Shown in pieces: positions 26,157 to 35,928 of a stretch of DNA of 50,114 nt. The translations under genes were made by a program, and so were the position numbers. The notes under the pieces were generated by a model. The model saw only the letters and a program-made list of their open reading frames with translations. It made no database searches and was not told the origin of the DNA. Within the stretch, counting starts at the first letter, position 1. Each line of letters begins with the position of its first letter. The DNA lies in the NCBI RefSeq assembly GCF_039984035.1, contig NZ_JBDWVM010000474.1, positions 1-50,114 of the forward strand. Direction: 5' to 3'. This DNA is from Planktotalea sp. (lineage in GTDB: Bacteria > Pseudomonadota > Alphaproteobacteria > Rhodobacterales > Rhodobacteraceae).

Positions 26157-27512
26157 TCACTTAGAAAGATGGGCAATAGAATTGGCATAATATTGTAACG
26201 TGACCCGCTCCTTTTCCTCGATTTTGATCTGATCATTGTCCATTCGCACCAATCGGCGTTCGCTGATATGCTTGAAGGCGATCTCGGCAGCATAGCCAAT
26301 ATCATCACGCGGCATATGCACATGCGCGCCCTGCATGCGGTCCAAATGTTGCTGCATCAGCGCCGGCAACGCTTCCTTTGTTACGTGCGTCTCAGACAGC
26401 AAAACTGTCGCAAGAAGCGGCACAGGCACAACAGGGACCACATCCGCGATTTTTTCCATTAGCTCAGACGCGAGTTCTTTGGAATCAGGCGCGCCATGTT
26501 TGCTCACATGATCTTTCAAGGAGACGGGCGAACCAAAGCTAACAGCGGCATATCCAAATCGATGAAACCGACCGATGATCCGAAGCCAGATTTGTTTGAA
26601 CATAAAGCCGGCAACAACAGAAATGCGCGCGCTAAAGCGCCTCGTCCCAGCCTCATCAGCAGCGATCAAAATACGGTCTTCGAGAACCCGATCATAATTC
26701 AAGGCAACCGGAACAAACAAAACATCGCGCCCGCCTTCTTCAAATCCATCGGTGATATATTTGAGAAGACCCATCTTAGGCGGGGCCAATTGACCATCGA
26801 GCGACAGCCCCCCTTCAGGGAACATTGCCTGTGTAACACCAGCTTGCGTGGCCAGATGAACGTATCTCGCTAAAACACGGCGGTAGAGATCACCACGTGA
26901 GCGACGCCGAATAAAATACGCGCCCATAGCCTTGATCAAACGGCTAAGCGGCCAAACACGGGCCCATTCGCCCACCGCATAGGCCAAAGCGGATCGTTCT
27001 GCTGCAAGGTAAGTCACCAAAACATAATCCATGTTGGACCGGTGGTTGATCACAAAGACGACCGTCGCCTCTTTGTCCAGACCGCTTAGCCCTGCTTCGT
27101 CGTGATAGCCAAGCCGCACACGGTAAAGCGCATTGCTTAGACCGCGGGCGATGCGAATAGCGACGCTGAAATAGGCCGTTGCGCTGAAGGACGGAACAAT
27201 CTCTCGCGCATAACTGCGAGCGCGCTCAAACGCGACGTTTTCAGGAACTTTGTTCCGTTGCGCATATTCAGAAATCGCAAGACTGACCTCAGGATCATAG
27301 ATCAATCGCTGAATCATATCGTGGCGGCGCGCCAGTTTGAACGGTTCGATTGGGCGTTCCAATCTTTCGTTCACGCGTTTCACCACACGTTCCATCCGAC
27401 GGCGAAAGAACCATCTGACAGACGGAAACAGAAAATGGGACGCAAAAGTAATGACCGCAAAAAGCAGGATCAGGGCAAAAAGCCAGATAGGCATTTCAAT
27501 GGTTTGCGTCAT
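26157..27512 (-). CDS. Glycerol-3-phosphate acyltransferase family (PlsB/PlsC-like)
   Basis: NHRSNMD (HxxxxD), GAYFIRR, FPEGG.S.DG, VPVALNYDRVLED. Confidence 0.88.
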   Translation of the reverse strand: MTQTIEMPIWLFALILLFAVITFASHFLFPSVRWFFRRRMERVVKRVNERLERPIEPFKLARRHDMIQRLIYDPEVSLAISEYAQRNKVPENVAFERARSYAREIVPSFSATAYFSVAIRIARGLSNALYRVRLGYHDEAGLSGLDKEATVVFVINHRSNMDYVLVTYLAAERSALAYAVGEWARVWPLSRLIKAMGAYFIRRRSRGDLYRRVLARYVHLATQAGVTQAMFPEGGLSLDGQLAPPKMGLLKYITDGFEEGGRDVLFVPVALNYDRVLEDRILIAADEAGTRRFSARISVVAGFMFKQIWLRIIGRFHRFGYAAVSFGSPVSLKDHVSKHGAPDSKELASELMEKIADVVPVVPVPLLATVLLSETHVTKEALPALMQQHLDRMQGAHVHMPRDDIGYAAEIAFKHISERRLVRMDNDQIKIEEKERVTLQYYANSIAHLSK

Positions 27513-27663
27513 GGACGGAGCCTCGCAGTAAGGACGGCATCGGTAAACACGTTTCTCACTGGGGCAAAGCGGTAATTCACCACCTGTCAGTCTTTGGCAT
27601 CACTTTCTAGCGCACAATGCGCGACCGAAACCCAACAAACGCTGCGCACGCAAAGCCTACATA

Positions 27664-27678
27664 TGCCGCAATGCGGCA
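27664..27678. promoter_or_regulatory. PhaR-like palindrome upstream of ecm
   Basis: TGCCGCA-A-TGCGGCA, a perfect palindrome 76 bp before the ATG. Confidence 0.55.
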
Positions 27679-27754
27679 ATTTTTGTGTTGCGCAAAATTC
27701 CATTTCATCCTATTCAAACGAAACATTATTACCTTTGCGATTCAGGGGCGTCTT

Positions 27755-29734
27755 ATGACCGATACCAAAAATGCTATCAAAAAAGATCGCCCATGGCTTA
27801 TCCGGACATATGCCGGTCACTCAACGGCCAAGGCGTCAAACACGTTATATCGCGGCAACCTCGCAAAAGGACAGACAGGTCTATCCGTCGCCTTCGACCT
27901 ACCAACGCAGACTGGCTACGATAGCGATCATGTGCTCGCGCGCGGCGAGGTAGGTAAAGTTGGCGTACCCGTTTGTCACCTTGGTGATATGCGCACGCTG
28001 TTTGATCAAATCCCATTGGAGGACATGAACACCTCCATGACGATCAACGCCACCGCGCCATGGCTGCTCGCGCTTTATGTCGCTGCGGCTGAAGAGCAAG
28101 GCGCCGATGTTTCAAAGCTGCAAGGCACGGTTCAGAACGATCTGATCAAAGAATACCTATCGCGTGGCACATATATCTGCCCCCCTGCACCGAGCCTCAA
28201 GATGATCGCGGATGTGGCCGAATATTGCTACACGAACATTCCAAAATGGAACCCGATGAATGTCTGTTCCTACCATTTGCAAGAGGCTGGCGCGACGCCC
28301 GAACAAGAGCTCGCTTTTGCATTGGCAACAGCGACTGCAGTGCTTGATGAACTGCGTCCGCGCGTTCCTGCCGAAGATTTTCCAACGCTCGTTGGCCGTA
28401 TCTCTTTCTTCGTGAACGCTGGTATCCGCTTCGTCACCGAGATGTGCAAAATGCGCGCGTTTGTTGATTTGTGGGATGAAATTTGCCGCGATCGCTATGG
28501 TGTTGAAGACCCCAAGATGCGCCGTTTCCGCTATGGTGTTCAGGTGAACTCGCTCGGATTGACGGAACAGCAGCCAGAGAACAACGTTTATCGTATCCTG
28601 ATCGAAATGTTGGCTGTGACCCTCTCCAAAAACGCCCGTGCCCGCGCGGTTCAGCTCCCTGCGTGGAACGAGGCACTTGGCCTGCCGCGCCCTTGGGATC
28701 AGCAATGGTCGATGCGCATGCAACAAATCCTCGCATATGAGACGGACCTGTTGGAGTTCGACGATCTCTTTGATCAAAACCCGGCTGTTGATCGTAAAGT
28801 TGAAGAACTGAAGGCCGGCGCGCGCGCAGAGCTGGCGAACCTCGACAGCATGGGCGGCGCGATTAGCGCGATTGATTATATGAAGTCCCGCCTTGTCGAC
28901 AGTAACGCGGATCGTCTCAACAAGATTGAGCGCAATGAAACCGTCGTTGTGGGCGTAAACAAATGGCAACAGGGTGAGCAATCACCGCTTCAGACCGAAG
29001 ACGGCGGCATCATGGTTGTCGACCCTGCGGTTGAAGGTGAACAAGTCAGCCGCCTGCAAGAATGGCGCGCGAGCCGCGATGATGAGGCGGTGAAATCTGC
29101 CCTCGCCGCGCTGCGCGATGCATCTAGCAATGGTGAAAACGTTATGCCCGCGTCTATCGCCGCAGCGAAAGCGGGTGTAACCACCGGCGAATGGGCGGCG
29201 CAGATGCGCGCAGTACATGGCGAATATCGCGGACCGACAGGCGTATCTGCCTCCGTGTCGAACAAAACCGAAGGCCTTGATGACATTCGTGAGGCAGTAA
29301 ACACTGTCAGCGATAAATTGGGACGTCGCCTTAAGTTTCTCGTGGGCAAGCCTGGCCTTGATGGTCACTCAAACGGCTCTGAACAAATCGCCTTCCGTGC
29401 ACGTGATTGCGGAATGGATATCGAATACGACGGCATCCGCATGACGCCAGAAGAATTGGTCGCATCTGCCATTGAAACACAGGCACATGTTGTTGGGTTG
29501 TCTATTTTGTCCGGCAGCCATATCCCACTTGTGGAAGACCTAATGCAACGGATGCGCGCAGCGGGCCTTGGCGAAACACCTGTCATTGTCGGTGGCATCA
29601 TTCCAGACGATGACGCAGAACGCTTGCTCGCGATGGGCGTCGCACGTGTTTACACACCAAAAGACTTTGAGCTGAACGCAATCATGTCAGATATCGTCAC
29701 TCTCGCAGACCCCAGCGCTATTGCTGCTGAGTGA
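27755..29734 (+). CDS. ecm: Ethylmalonyl-CoA mutase (MeaA), B12-dependent
   Basis: DRPWLIRTYAGHS (His rather than the Phe of methylmalonyl-CoA mutase YAGF), GLSVAFDLPTQ, QVNSLGLT, KPGLDGHSNG B12-binding motif; near ccr. Confidence 0.95.
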   Translation: MTDTKNAIKKDRPWLIRTYAGHSTAKASNTLYRGNLAKGQTGLSVAFDLPTQTGYDSDHVLARGEVGKVGVPVCHLGDMRTLFDQIPLEDMNTSMTINATAPWLLALYVAAAEEQGADVSKLQGTVQNDLIKEYLSRGTYICPPAPSLKMIADVAEYCYTNIPKWNPMNVCSYHLQEAGATPEQELAFALATATAVLDELRPRVPAEDFPTLVGRISFFVNAGIRFVTEMCKMRAFVDLWDEICRDRYGVEDPKMRRFRYGVQVNSLGLTEQQPENNVYRILIEMLAVTLSKNARARAVQLPAWNEALGLPRPWDQQWSMRMQQILAYETDLLEFDDLFDQNPAVDRKVEELKAGARAELANLDSMGGAISAIDYMKSRLVDSNADRLNKIERNETVVVGVNKWQQGEQSPLQTEDGGIMVVDPAVEGEQVSRLQEWRASRDDEAVKSALAALRDASSNGENVMPASIAAAKAGVTTGEWAAQMRAVHGEYRGPTGVSASVSNKTEGLDDIREAVNTVSDKLGRRLKFLVGKPGLDGHSNGSEQIAFRARDCGMDIEYDGIRMTPEELVASAIETQAHVVGLSILSGSHIPLVEDLMQRMRAAGLGETPVIVGGIIPDDDAERLLAMGVARVYTPKDFELNAIMSDIVTLADPSAIAAE

Positions 29735-29770
29735 TTGACCCCCGCGTGCGACGCCCCTACCGTCGCGCGC
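29735..29770 (+). promoter_or_regulatory. Sigma70-type promoter for a probably leaderless GNAT mRNA
   Basis: TTGACC-17 bp-TACCGT-7 bp-ATG, with no Shine-Dalgarno sequence. Confidence 0.6.
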
Positions 29771-30217
29771 ATGAATACACCCGTTACGATACGACCGCTT
29801 GAGCAAAGCGATGAAGCTGATTGGCGCCGTCTTTGGACCGCCTATCTGAAATTTTACGAAAGCAGCGTGCCCGAAGAGGTCTACCAAACGACGTTTGAAC
29901 GTTTGATCGATCCCGCACGTACAAATCAATGCGCCGCGCTTGCCGTTGTAGATGGCAAGGCGGTCGGCCTTGTTCATTGGATTTATCATCCGCACAATTG
30001 GAAGATCGAAGATGTCATCTATCTTCAGGACCTTTATGCAGATCCAGCAGTTCGAGGCAAAGGCCTTGGGCGCGCATTGATCGAACACGTGTATGATGTG
30101 GCAGATCAGGGTGAAACGCCAACTGTCTATTGGATGACCCAAGAATTCAACACCACCGCGCGCCAACTTTATGATCGCATCGCGGCCAAGACCGTATTTG
30201 TACAATACAAACGCTAG
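29771..30217 (+). CDS. GNAT family N-acetyltransferase
   Basis: W..LW..YL.FY, YLQDLY..P..RGKG.GRALI, VYWMTQEFN..AR.LYD. Confidence 0.9.
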   Translation: MNTPVTIRPLEQSDEADWRRLWTAYLKFYESSVPEEVYQTTFERLIDPARTNQCAALAVVDGKAVGLVHWIYHPHNWKIEDVIYLQDLYADPAVRGKGLGRALIEHVYDVADQGETPTVYWMTQEFNTTARQLYDRIAAKTVFVQYKR

Positions 30218-30226
30218 GATATTCAC

Positions 30227-30931
30227 ATGACAATCCACATTGGGGCCGAGAAAGGCCAAATCGCAGAAACTGTTCTCATGCCAGGTGATCCCTATCGTGC
30301 GAAGTGGGCTGCCGAGACATTTCTTGACGATGCAGAACTCGTGAATGAAGTGCGCGGCATGCTCGGGTTCACCGGTACATGGCGCGGAAATCGCGTGACA
30401 ATCCAAGGCAGCGGCATGGGCATGCCTTCGCTTTCGATCTACGCGAATGAATTAATGAAAGACTACGACGCAAAGACGTTGATCCGCATTGGGTCATGCG
30501 GCGGCATGCAGCCACACGTAGGCATTCGCGATGTCATTATTGCGATGACCGCCAGCACGTTGACCTCTCCCTCAAAAGGCTTCTTCAAAGAATTGAACTA
30601 TGCGCCTTGCGCCGATTGGAGCCTGTTGCGCGCAGCAGTTAATTCCGCTGAAGGCAAAGGTACCAAGACGCACGTTGGCGGCATCTATTCCTCTGATGTG
30701 TTTTATGATGAACGCCCTGATCTGAATGAACAGATGGTGCGCCATGGTATCTTGGGTGTCGAAATGGAAGCGGCGGAACTTTACACGCTCGCCGCACGCT
30801 ACAACGCGCGCGCGCTGGCGGTTCTCACCGTGTCTGATCACCTGCAAACGGGTGAAGCGCTTCCGTCTGAGGATCGCGAAACCAGCTTTGGCGAAATGGT
30901 AGAAATCGCGCTTGAAGCGGCCTTTGCCTAA
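30227..30931 (+). CDS. deoD: Purine-nucleoside phosphorylase (DeoD type)
   Basis: [46 protein letters not shown]. Confidence 0.96.
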   Translation: MTIHIGAEKGQIAETVLMPGDPYRAKWAAETFLDDAELVNEVRGMLGFTGTWRGNRVTIQGSGMGMPSLSIYANELMKDYDAKTLIRIGSCGGMQPHVGIRDVIIAMTASTLTSPSKGFFKELNYAPCADWSLLRAAVNSAEGKGTKTHVGGIYSSDVFYDERPDLNEQMVRHGILGVEMEAAELYTLAARYNARALAVLTVSDHLQTGEALPSEDRETSFGEMVEIALEAAFA

Positions 30932-31770
30932 CGACCATGGGAGCGATCATAGCCGCTGGGCTTTGGTGGCTCCCATCCATCGAGAGCACCTGCTTTGGGC
31001 GCAAAGACTTCAACGAGCAGTGGATGGCATTGCGCCTCATCACTAGAATGCACCGTTGAGCAGTCTCCACCGGGGCAGGCACTTAAGCCGCCAAGCAAAT
31101 CAATCTCCGCGAACAGTTCTAGGTAATCCGTTTTGCGTACGGGGCTGGCTTTCATAAAATACTGTCCCGTATCGCGGGTAAAACCGGTACACATGAAGAC
31201 ATTAAGAACATCATGGATATGCGACTCTGCCTCTCGCAGCGAGATACCAAGGTGATCAGACAGCGCGCGGGTCAGATTGGAATGGCAACAGTGATGGTAC
31301 TGCGTTCCTGACAAGAGATTGCCCGTATAAGGATCGCAGCGCGTACCGATCACATCGTGAACCGATCCACCAAATTCATCGATGCCGTACCAACCAAGTG
31401 TGTCTTCCGTGATCGTCGCCATCGGGCGCAGATTGGGAAATGAACTCCAGAGTTGTTCCTTCGTGGTGACATGCGTTCCATGCAACGCACGGGTTTTGCC
31501 AGAATAGAAGCGCTCGCTCAGGTCATCCGCGTTCCAAAGGTTGAGATCGCCAACTTGCGACCCTTCTGGGCAAGACATGCGAACGAAATTGCCTGCCGGC
31601 ACGCTAAAGCATCGCGCATCCCGTGCTGGCACCAAGGTTTCGCATACTTTCTCTGCCCCAATGCGGGCCTTTTGATAAAGCGCTAGGTTTGGCTTTGGCA
31701 GACCTTCGACGGGATAGCAGATGACAGGTTCAACTGCGCGGCGGGCGTCTGCATCGGATGGAATGTGCAT
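30928..31770 (-). CDS. DUF1989 (urea carboxylase-associated) family protein, long form
   Basis: [44 protein letters not shown]. Confidence 0.85.
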   Translation of the reverse strand: MHIPSDADARRAVEPVICYPVEGLPKPNLALYQKARIGAEKVCETLVPARDARCFSVPAGNFVRMSCPEGSQVGDLNLWNADDLSERFYSGKTRALHGTHVTTKEQLWSSFPNLRPMATITEDTLGWYGIDEFGGSVHDVIGTRCDPYTGNLLSGTQYHHCCHSNLTRALSDHLGISLREAESHIHDVLNVFMCTGFTRDTGQYFMKASPVRKTDYLELFAEIDLLGGLSACPGGDCSTVHSSDEAQCHPLLVEVFAPKAGALDGWEPPKPSGYDRSHGR

Positions 31771-31838
31771 GGGGTGGGCTCCTGAGTGTTGCGCAAACTA
31801 TTGCGCCCATCGGCTTCCCACGCAAACCTTTTCGACAC

Positions 31839-31871
31839 GAAAAACCCGCCACAAATCTGCAGCGGGTTTTC
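31839..31871 (-). terminator. Terminator after sdhB
   Basis: AAAACCCGC...GCGGGTTTT inverted repeat with T-tract. Confidence 0.7.
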
Positions 31872-31894
31872 CAAGTCTTTAATAAGGCAAACGC

Positions 31895-32674
31895 TTAAAC
31901 GGTGCGTTCGACCATCATCTTTTTGATTTCTGAAATCGCCTTGGCCGGGTTCAAACCCTTAGGGCAGGTTTTGGCGCAGTTCATAATCGTGTGGCAACGG
32001 TAGAGCTTGAATGGATCTTCCAATTCATCCAGACGCTCACCCGTCGCTTCATCACGGCTATCGATCAACCAACGGTACGCATGAAGCAGCGCTGCTGGTC
32101 CAAGATAGCGATCGCCGTTCCACCAGTAGCTTGGGCAAGATGTAGAGCAAGACGCACACATCACACACTCATAAAGACCATCAAGCTTTTTACGATCCTC
32201 GATAGACTGGCGCCATTCTTTCGCAGGGCGGTTCGTCTTGGTTTCAAGCCACGGCATGATAGACGCGTGCTGTGCATAGAAATGCGTCAGGTCAGGGATC
32301 AAATCCTTCACCACTTCCATATGCGGCAGTGGGTAGATTTTCACATCACCCTTGATCTCATCCATACCATAGATGCAGGCCAAAGTGTTGATGCCATCGA
32401 TGTTCATTGCGCAGGAACCACAGATGCCTTCACGGCAAGAGCGGCGGAACGTCAACGTCGGATCAATCTCGTTCTTGATTTTGATCAACGCGTCCAAGAT
32501 CATCGGACCACAGTTGTCCATATCAACCCAATAGGTATCAAGGCTTGGGTTTTTCCCATCGTCAGGGTTCCAACGGTAGATTTGGAACTTGCGAAGGTTG
32601 TTCACGCCTTCAGGCTTTGGCCATGTTTTGCCAGTCACCATGCGGGAATTCTTAGGGAGGGTCAGTTGTACCAT
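31895..32674 (-). CDS. sdhB: Succinate dehydrogenase iron-sulfur subunit
   Basis: [39 protein letters not shown]. Confidence 0.98.
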   Translation of the reverse strand: MVQLTLPKNSRMVTGKTWPKPEGVNNLRKFQIYRWNPDDGKNPSLDTYWVDMDNCGPMILDALIKIKNEIDPTLTFRRSCREGICGSCAMNIDGINTLACIYGMDEIKGDVKIYPLPHMEVVKDLIPDLTHFYAQHASIMPWLETKTNRPAKEWRQSIEDRKKLDGLYECVMCASCSTSCPSYWWNGDRYLGPAALLHAYRWLIDSRDEATGERLDELEDPFKLYRCHTIMNCAKTCPKGLNPAKAISEIKKMMVERTV

Positions 32675-32686
32675 CGTCTCACTCCT

Positions 32687-33007
32687 TTAAAGAAACAGGC
32701 CAAGGCCGTTTTGGGAAATGCAGCTCACCGTATCAGGGCGGGCTGCGATTGTTGTGACGGTTTCAACGGTGTCGGCTGTGACACCAGTTGCGCCCGCTTT
32801 CGCGATTTCGAAAATCTCAGCCGCAGACGCCGCGTCGATGATGCAATCCGTGATTGGAGATGCATCAACGCCAGGGAACTTATCTGCAACAATGCCATTC
32901 ACAACGCTCTTGGCCGTCGTGCGGGCAAGTTGATCTGCCGTGTCTGATGCGGTTGAGACACAAGCCCCAAGCGCAACAGCTGTAATAAGTGGAAAAACAA
33001 GCCGCAT
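32687..33007 (-). CDS. Small hypothetical lipoprotein between sdhA and sdhB
   Basis: Lipobox ALGAC; TDCIID.A...E and ..CI cysteine pair; start overlaps the sdhA stop. Confidence 0.8.
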   Translation of the reverse strand: MRLVFPLITAVALGACVSTASDTADQLARTTAKSVVNGIVADKFPGVDASPITDCIIDAASAAEIFEIAKAGATGVTADTVETVTTIAARPDTVSCISQNGLGLFL

Positions 33008-34812
33008 TAGAAAGTCCGCTCTTTCGGAGCGATCTTCTTGAGCGAAATACCACCGTCTGCTTCTTTGGTCAGCGGATCTTTCACAACAGGGCGATGGGAC
33101 AGGTCAACCTTTGGACCATCCACGCGGGCAATTGTGTGAACACGCCAATTTTCATCGTCACGCGTTGCGTAATCCTCGTGTGCATGCGCACCGCGGCTTT
33201 CTTTACGCGCTTCAGCGCCAACAATAGTTGCCATCGCGTTTGGCATCAAGTTGGTCAGCTCCAATGTTTCCATCAGATCAGAGTTCCACACCAATGAGCG
33301 ATCTGTCACTTTGATGCTGTCCATTTTGCCAGCAACTGCTGTCATCTTCTCGACACCCTCTTTGAGGGTTTTGTCGGTCCGGAACACAGCCGCGTCCGCC
33401 TGCATGGTTTTCTGCATCTCAAGACGCAGTTCAGCCGTGCTTGTATCACCAGATGCATTGCGCAGGCCGTCAAAACGATCAAAGGCCGCATCAACAGATG
33501 ATTGGTTCAGCTCTGCATTTGGTGTCTCTGGATCAACAACCTTACCCGCACGGATCGCAGCAGCGCGACCAAAGACCACGAGATCGATCAAAGAGTTTGA
33601 ACCAAGACGGTTCGCACCATGCACGGAAGCACAGCCCGCTTCACCCACCGCCATCAGACCCGGAACAACAGCGTTCGGATCTTTTGCAGTCGGGTTGAGC
33701 ACTTCACCGAAGTAGTTCGTCGGAATACCGCCCATATTGTAGTGAACCGTTGGTAGTACCGGAATAGGCTCTTTGTTGACGTCAACGCCTGCAAAAATCT
33801 TCGCGCTTTCCGAAATACCCGGCAGACGTTCTGCCAATGCTTCCGGTGGCAGGTGCGACAGGTTGAGGTGAATGTGATCACCGCCAGTACCAACACCGCG
33901 CCCTTCGCGAATTTCCATTGTCATACAGCGCGAAACATAATCGCGCGGTGCGAGGTCTTTGTAGTTTGGCGCATAGCGCTCCATGAAACGTTCGCCTTCG
34001 GAGTTGGTGAGGTAACCACCCTCCCCGCGTGCACCTTCTGTGATCAAGCAGCCAGAGCCGTAGATGCCTGTCGGGTGGAACTGAACGAATTCCATATCCT
34101 GAAGTGGCAGACCCTGACGCGCAACCATGCCGCCACCGTCGCCTGTACATGTATGAGCAGATGTCGCGGAGAAGTAAGCGCGGCCATAACCACCCGTCGC
34201 CAGAACAACCATCTTCGCATTGAAGACGTGCATTGTACCGTCGTCGAGCTTCCAGCAAACAACACCTTGGCATTGGCCATCTTCGGACATGATTAGGTCA
34301 ATCGCGAAGTACTCGATGTAGAATTCCGCGTTATTCTTGAGGGACTGACCATAAAGCGTGTGCAAGATCGCGTGGCCGGTACGGTCAGCAGCTGCGCAAG
34401 TACGCTGAACGGGCGGGCCTTCACCAAATTCGGTCGTGTGACCGCCGAATGGGCGCTGGTAAATTTTGCCCTCTTCCGTGCGGGAGAACGGAACGCCGTA
34501 GTGCTCCAACTCGTAAACCGCTTTGGGCGCTTCACGGGCGAGGTATTCCATCGCATCTGTGTCGCCGAGCCAGTCAGAGCCTTTGACCGTGTCATACATA
34601 TGCCACTGCCAGTTATCTGGCCCCATGTTAGACAAGGACGCCGCGATGCCACCTTGCGCCGCAACAGTGTGCGAACGCGTCGGAAAAACCTTGGTTACGC
34701 AAGCAGTGCGAAGACCTTGTTCCGCCATACCAAGCGTTGCTCGAAGACCCGCGCCACCAGCGCCGACCACCACAACATCATAGTCGTGGGTTTCATATTC
34801 ATAAGCTGCCAT
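33007..34812 (-). CDS. sdhA: Succinate dehydrogenase flavoprotein subunit
   Basis: [16 protein letters not shown] (FAD histidine), [23 protein letters not shown]. Confidence 0.98.
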   Translation of the reverse strand: MAAYEYETHDYDVVVVGAGGAGLRATLGMAEQGLRTACVTKVFPTRSHTVAAQGGIAASLSNMGPDNWQWHMYDTVKGSDWLGDTDAMEYLAREAPKAVYELEHYGVPFSRTEEGKIYQRPFGGHTTEFGEGPPVQRTCAAADRTGHAILHTLYGQSLKNNAEFYIEYFAIDLIMSEDGQCQGVVCWKLDDGTMHVFNAKMVVLATGGYGRAYFSATSAHTCTGDGGGMVARQGLPLQDMEFVQFHPTGIYGSGCLITEGARGEGGYLTNSEGERFMERYAPNYKDLAPRDYVSRCMTMEIREGRGVGTGGDHIHLNLSHLPPEALAERLPGISESAKIFAGVDVNKEPIPVLPTVHYNMGGIPTNYFGEVLNPTAKDPNAVVPGLMAVGEAGCASVHGANRLGSNSLIDLVVFGRAAAIRAGKVVDPETPNAELNQSSVDAAFDRFDGLRNASGDTSTAELRLEMQKTMQADAAVFRTDKTLKEGVEKMTAVAGKMDSIKVTDRSLVWNSDLMETLELTNLMPNAMATIVGAEARKESRGAHAHEDYATRDDENWRVHTIARVDGPKVDLSHRPVVKDPLTKEADGGISLKKIAPKERTF

Positions 34813-34828
34813 TTGGTTGCTCCGAAAC

Positions 34829-35200
34829 TTAAAGGGCGATTTTGGCGAGGGCGATCAGGCCGACGGCAATAACTGTGTAAGCGAAACCTTGTGTCGCAAC
34901 GAGCGCGAGCTTTTGCGCAGTGCCATGCACATAGTCTTCGATGGCTTCATGCACTTCACGTAGCAGGTGCAACATGCCAACGATCAACGTCAGAACAGTC
35001 ACGATCAGCGGGAATGGGCGCGCGTAGTAAGCCACCACTTCTTCTTGAGTACCGCCAAGGCTGTAAGCGAATGTGAAGACAAACAACGGGATCAGCACTT
35101 GCAAAAGGATTGAGCTTACGAGGTGCTGCCAATGATGATGCGTACCTTCACGAGCGGAACCCATGCCAACAGCGCGTTTTCGGTCAGTTAGAAATCTCAT
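34829..35200 (-). CDS. sdhD: Succinate dehydrogenase membrane anchor subunit
   Basis: [29 protein letters not shown]; GAGGAG ribosome binding site. Confidence 0.93.
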   Translation of the reverse strand: MRFLTDRKRAVGMGSAREGTHHHWQHLVSSILLQVLIPLFVFTFAYSLGGTQEEVVAYYARPFPLIVTVLTLIVGMLHLLREVHEAIEDYVHGTAQKLALVATQGFAYTVIAVGLIALAKIAL

Positions 35201-35210
35201 ATCTCGCTCC

Positions 35211-35594
35211 TCAGAATATGATTGCGACGAGGAATGCCATGGCAACCGACGCAATGATCATGATGATCGCCATATTTTCCGACTCGCGCACCTCAACAAA
35301 ATAGCCAAGGTCCCAGATCGCGTGGCGCAAACGGCCAAGCATGTGGTAAAAAATTGCGAATGTCGCGCCGAACAATACAAGATCACCCAGCCAACTGCGC
35401 ATAAGGCCATCGATAAATGCGAATGCCGATTCAGATGTCGCGGCGGCCAAAAGCCACCATGCGGGGAAAATTGCGAGCGCGAAAATGGCAATCGCAGTAA
35501 TCCGAACGAAGATAGACGACATTGAAGTCAGTTGCGGGCGGTAAATCGTCAAATGCGGCGAGAGCGGACGATTGCTCTGTTTCGTTTCAGCCAT
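35211..35594 (-). CDS. sdhC: Succinate dehydrogenase cytochrome b556 subunit
   Basis: RPLSPHL.IYRPQ, YH....LRH.IWD; AAGGA ribosome binding site before ATG 35594. Confidence 0.93.
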   Translation of the reverse strand: MAETKQSNRPLSPHLTIYRPQLTSMSSIFVRITAIAIFALAIFPAWWLLAAATSESAFAFIDGLMRSWLGDLVLFGATFAIFYHMLGRLRHAIWDLGYFVEVRESENMAIIMIIASVAMAFLVAIIF

Positions 35595-35710
35595 GTGCTT
35601 TTCCTTTCGGTACGCTTGGCACTGTTTTAACGCATAAATCCCTGCTGTCACCTTACCTAAATGTGACAATTTGGGGTTTTTTGATAGAAGTTGGAAAAAT
35701 CTTGCACATT

Positions 35711-35741
35711 TGTGATCACACACATTAAGTCAGTGATCACA
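35711..35741. promoter_or_regulatory. Tandem (T/A)GTGATCACA palindromes upstream of sdhC
   Basis: TGTGATCACA (35711) and AGTGATCACA (35732), 21 bp apart; a third copy CGTGATCACA at 35863. Confidence 0.75.
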
Positions 35742-35795
35742 AATTAAATTCATAGTGTTTTTGTCGGAAAATATGACTCGGATTCGTATATCCAA

Positions 35796-35811
35796 CCTTA
35801 GCGCTAACATG
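35796..35811. promoter_or_regulatory. LacI-family-like operator
   Basis: CCTTAGCGCTAACATG, with TTAGCGCTAA core and central CG dyad typical of LacI/GalR operators. Confidence 0.45.
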
Positions 35812-35928
35812 AAAAAATCGGCTATGAGGTGAGCTAATTGCAAAACCACAGCCGATTTCATTCGTGATCACAAAAATGCGAGCGCCGTGTGATCTATGGA
35901 ATTTCATCCAGAGATCAACGCGTTTTCA

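Noticed and set aside
27513-27754. Possible cobalamin riboswitch upstream of B12-dependent ecm
   Set aside because: No B12-box or conserved GGGAA/GCCACTG elements visible
31771-31840. Possible guanidine riboswitch upstream of the DUF1989 gene
   Set aside because: The region is too short and lacks twin ACGR-loop hairpins or other guanidine-class consensus features
35211-35594. Unusual SdhC motifs (SIFVRITA, YHMLGRLRH)
   Set aside because: The heme-ligand His and overall pattern are retained; membrane anchors are variable, so there is no evidence of altered function
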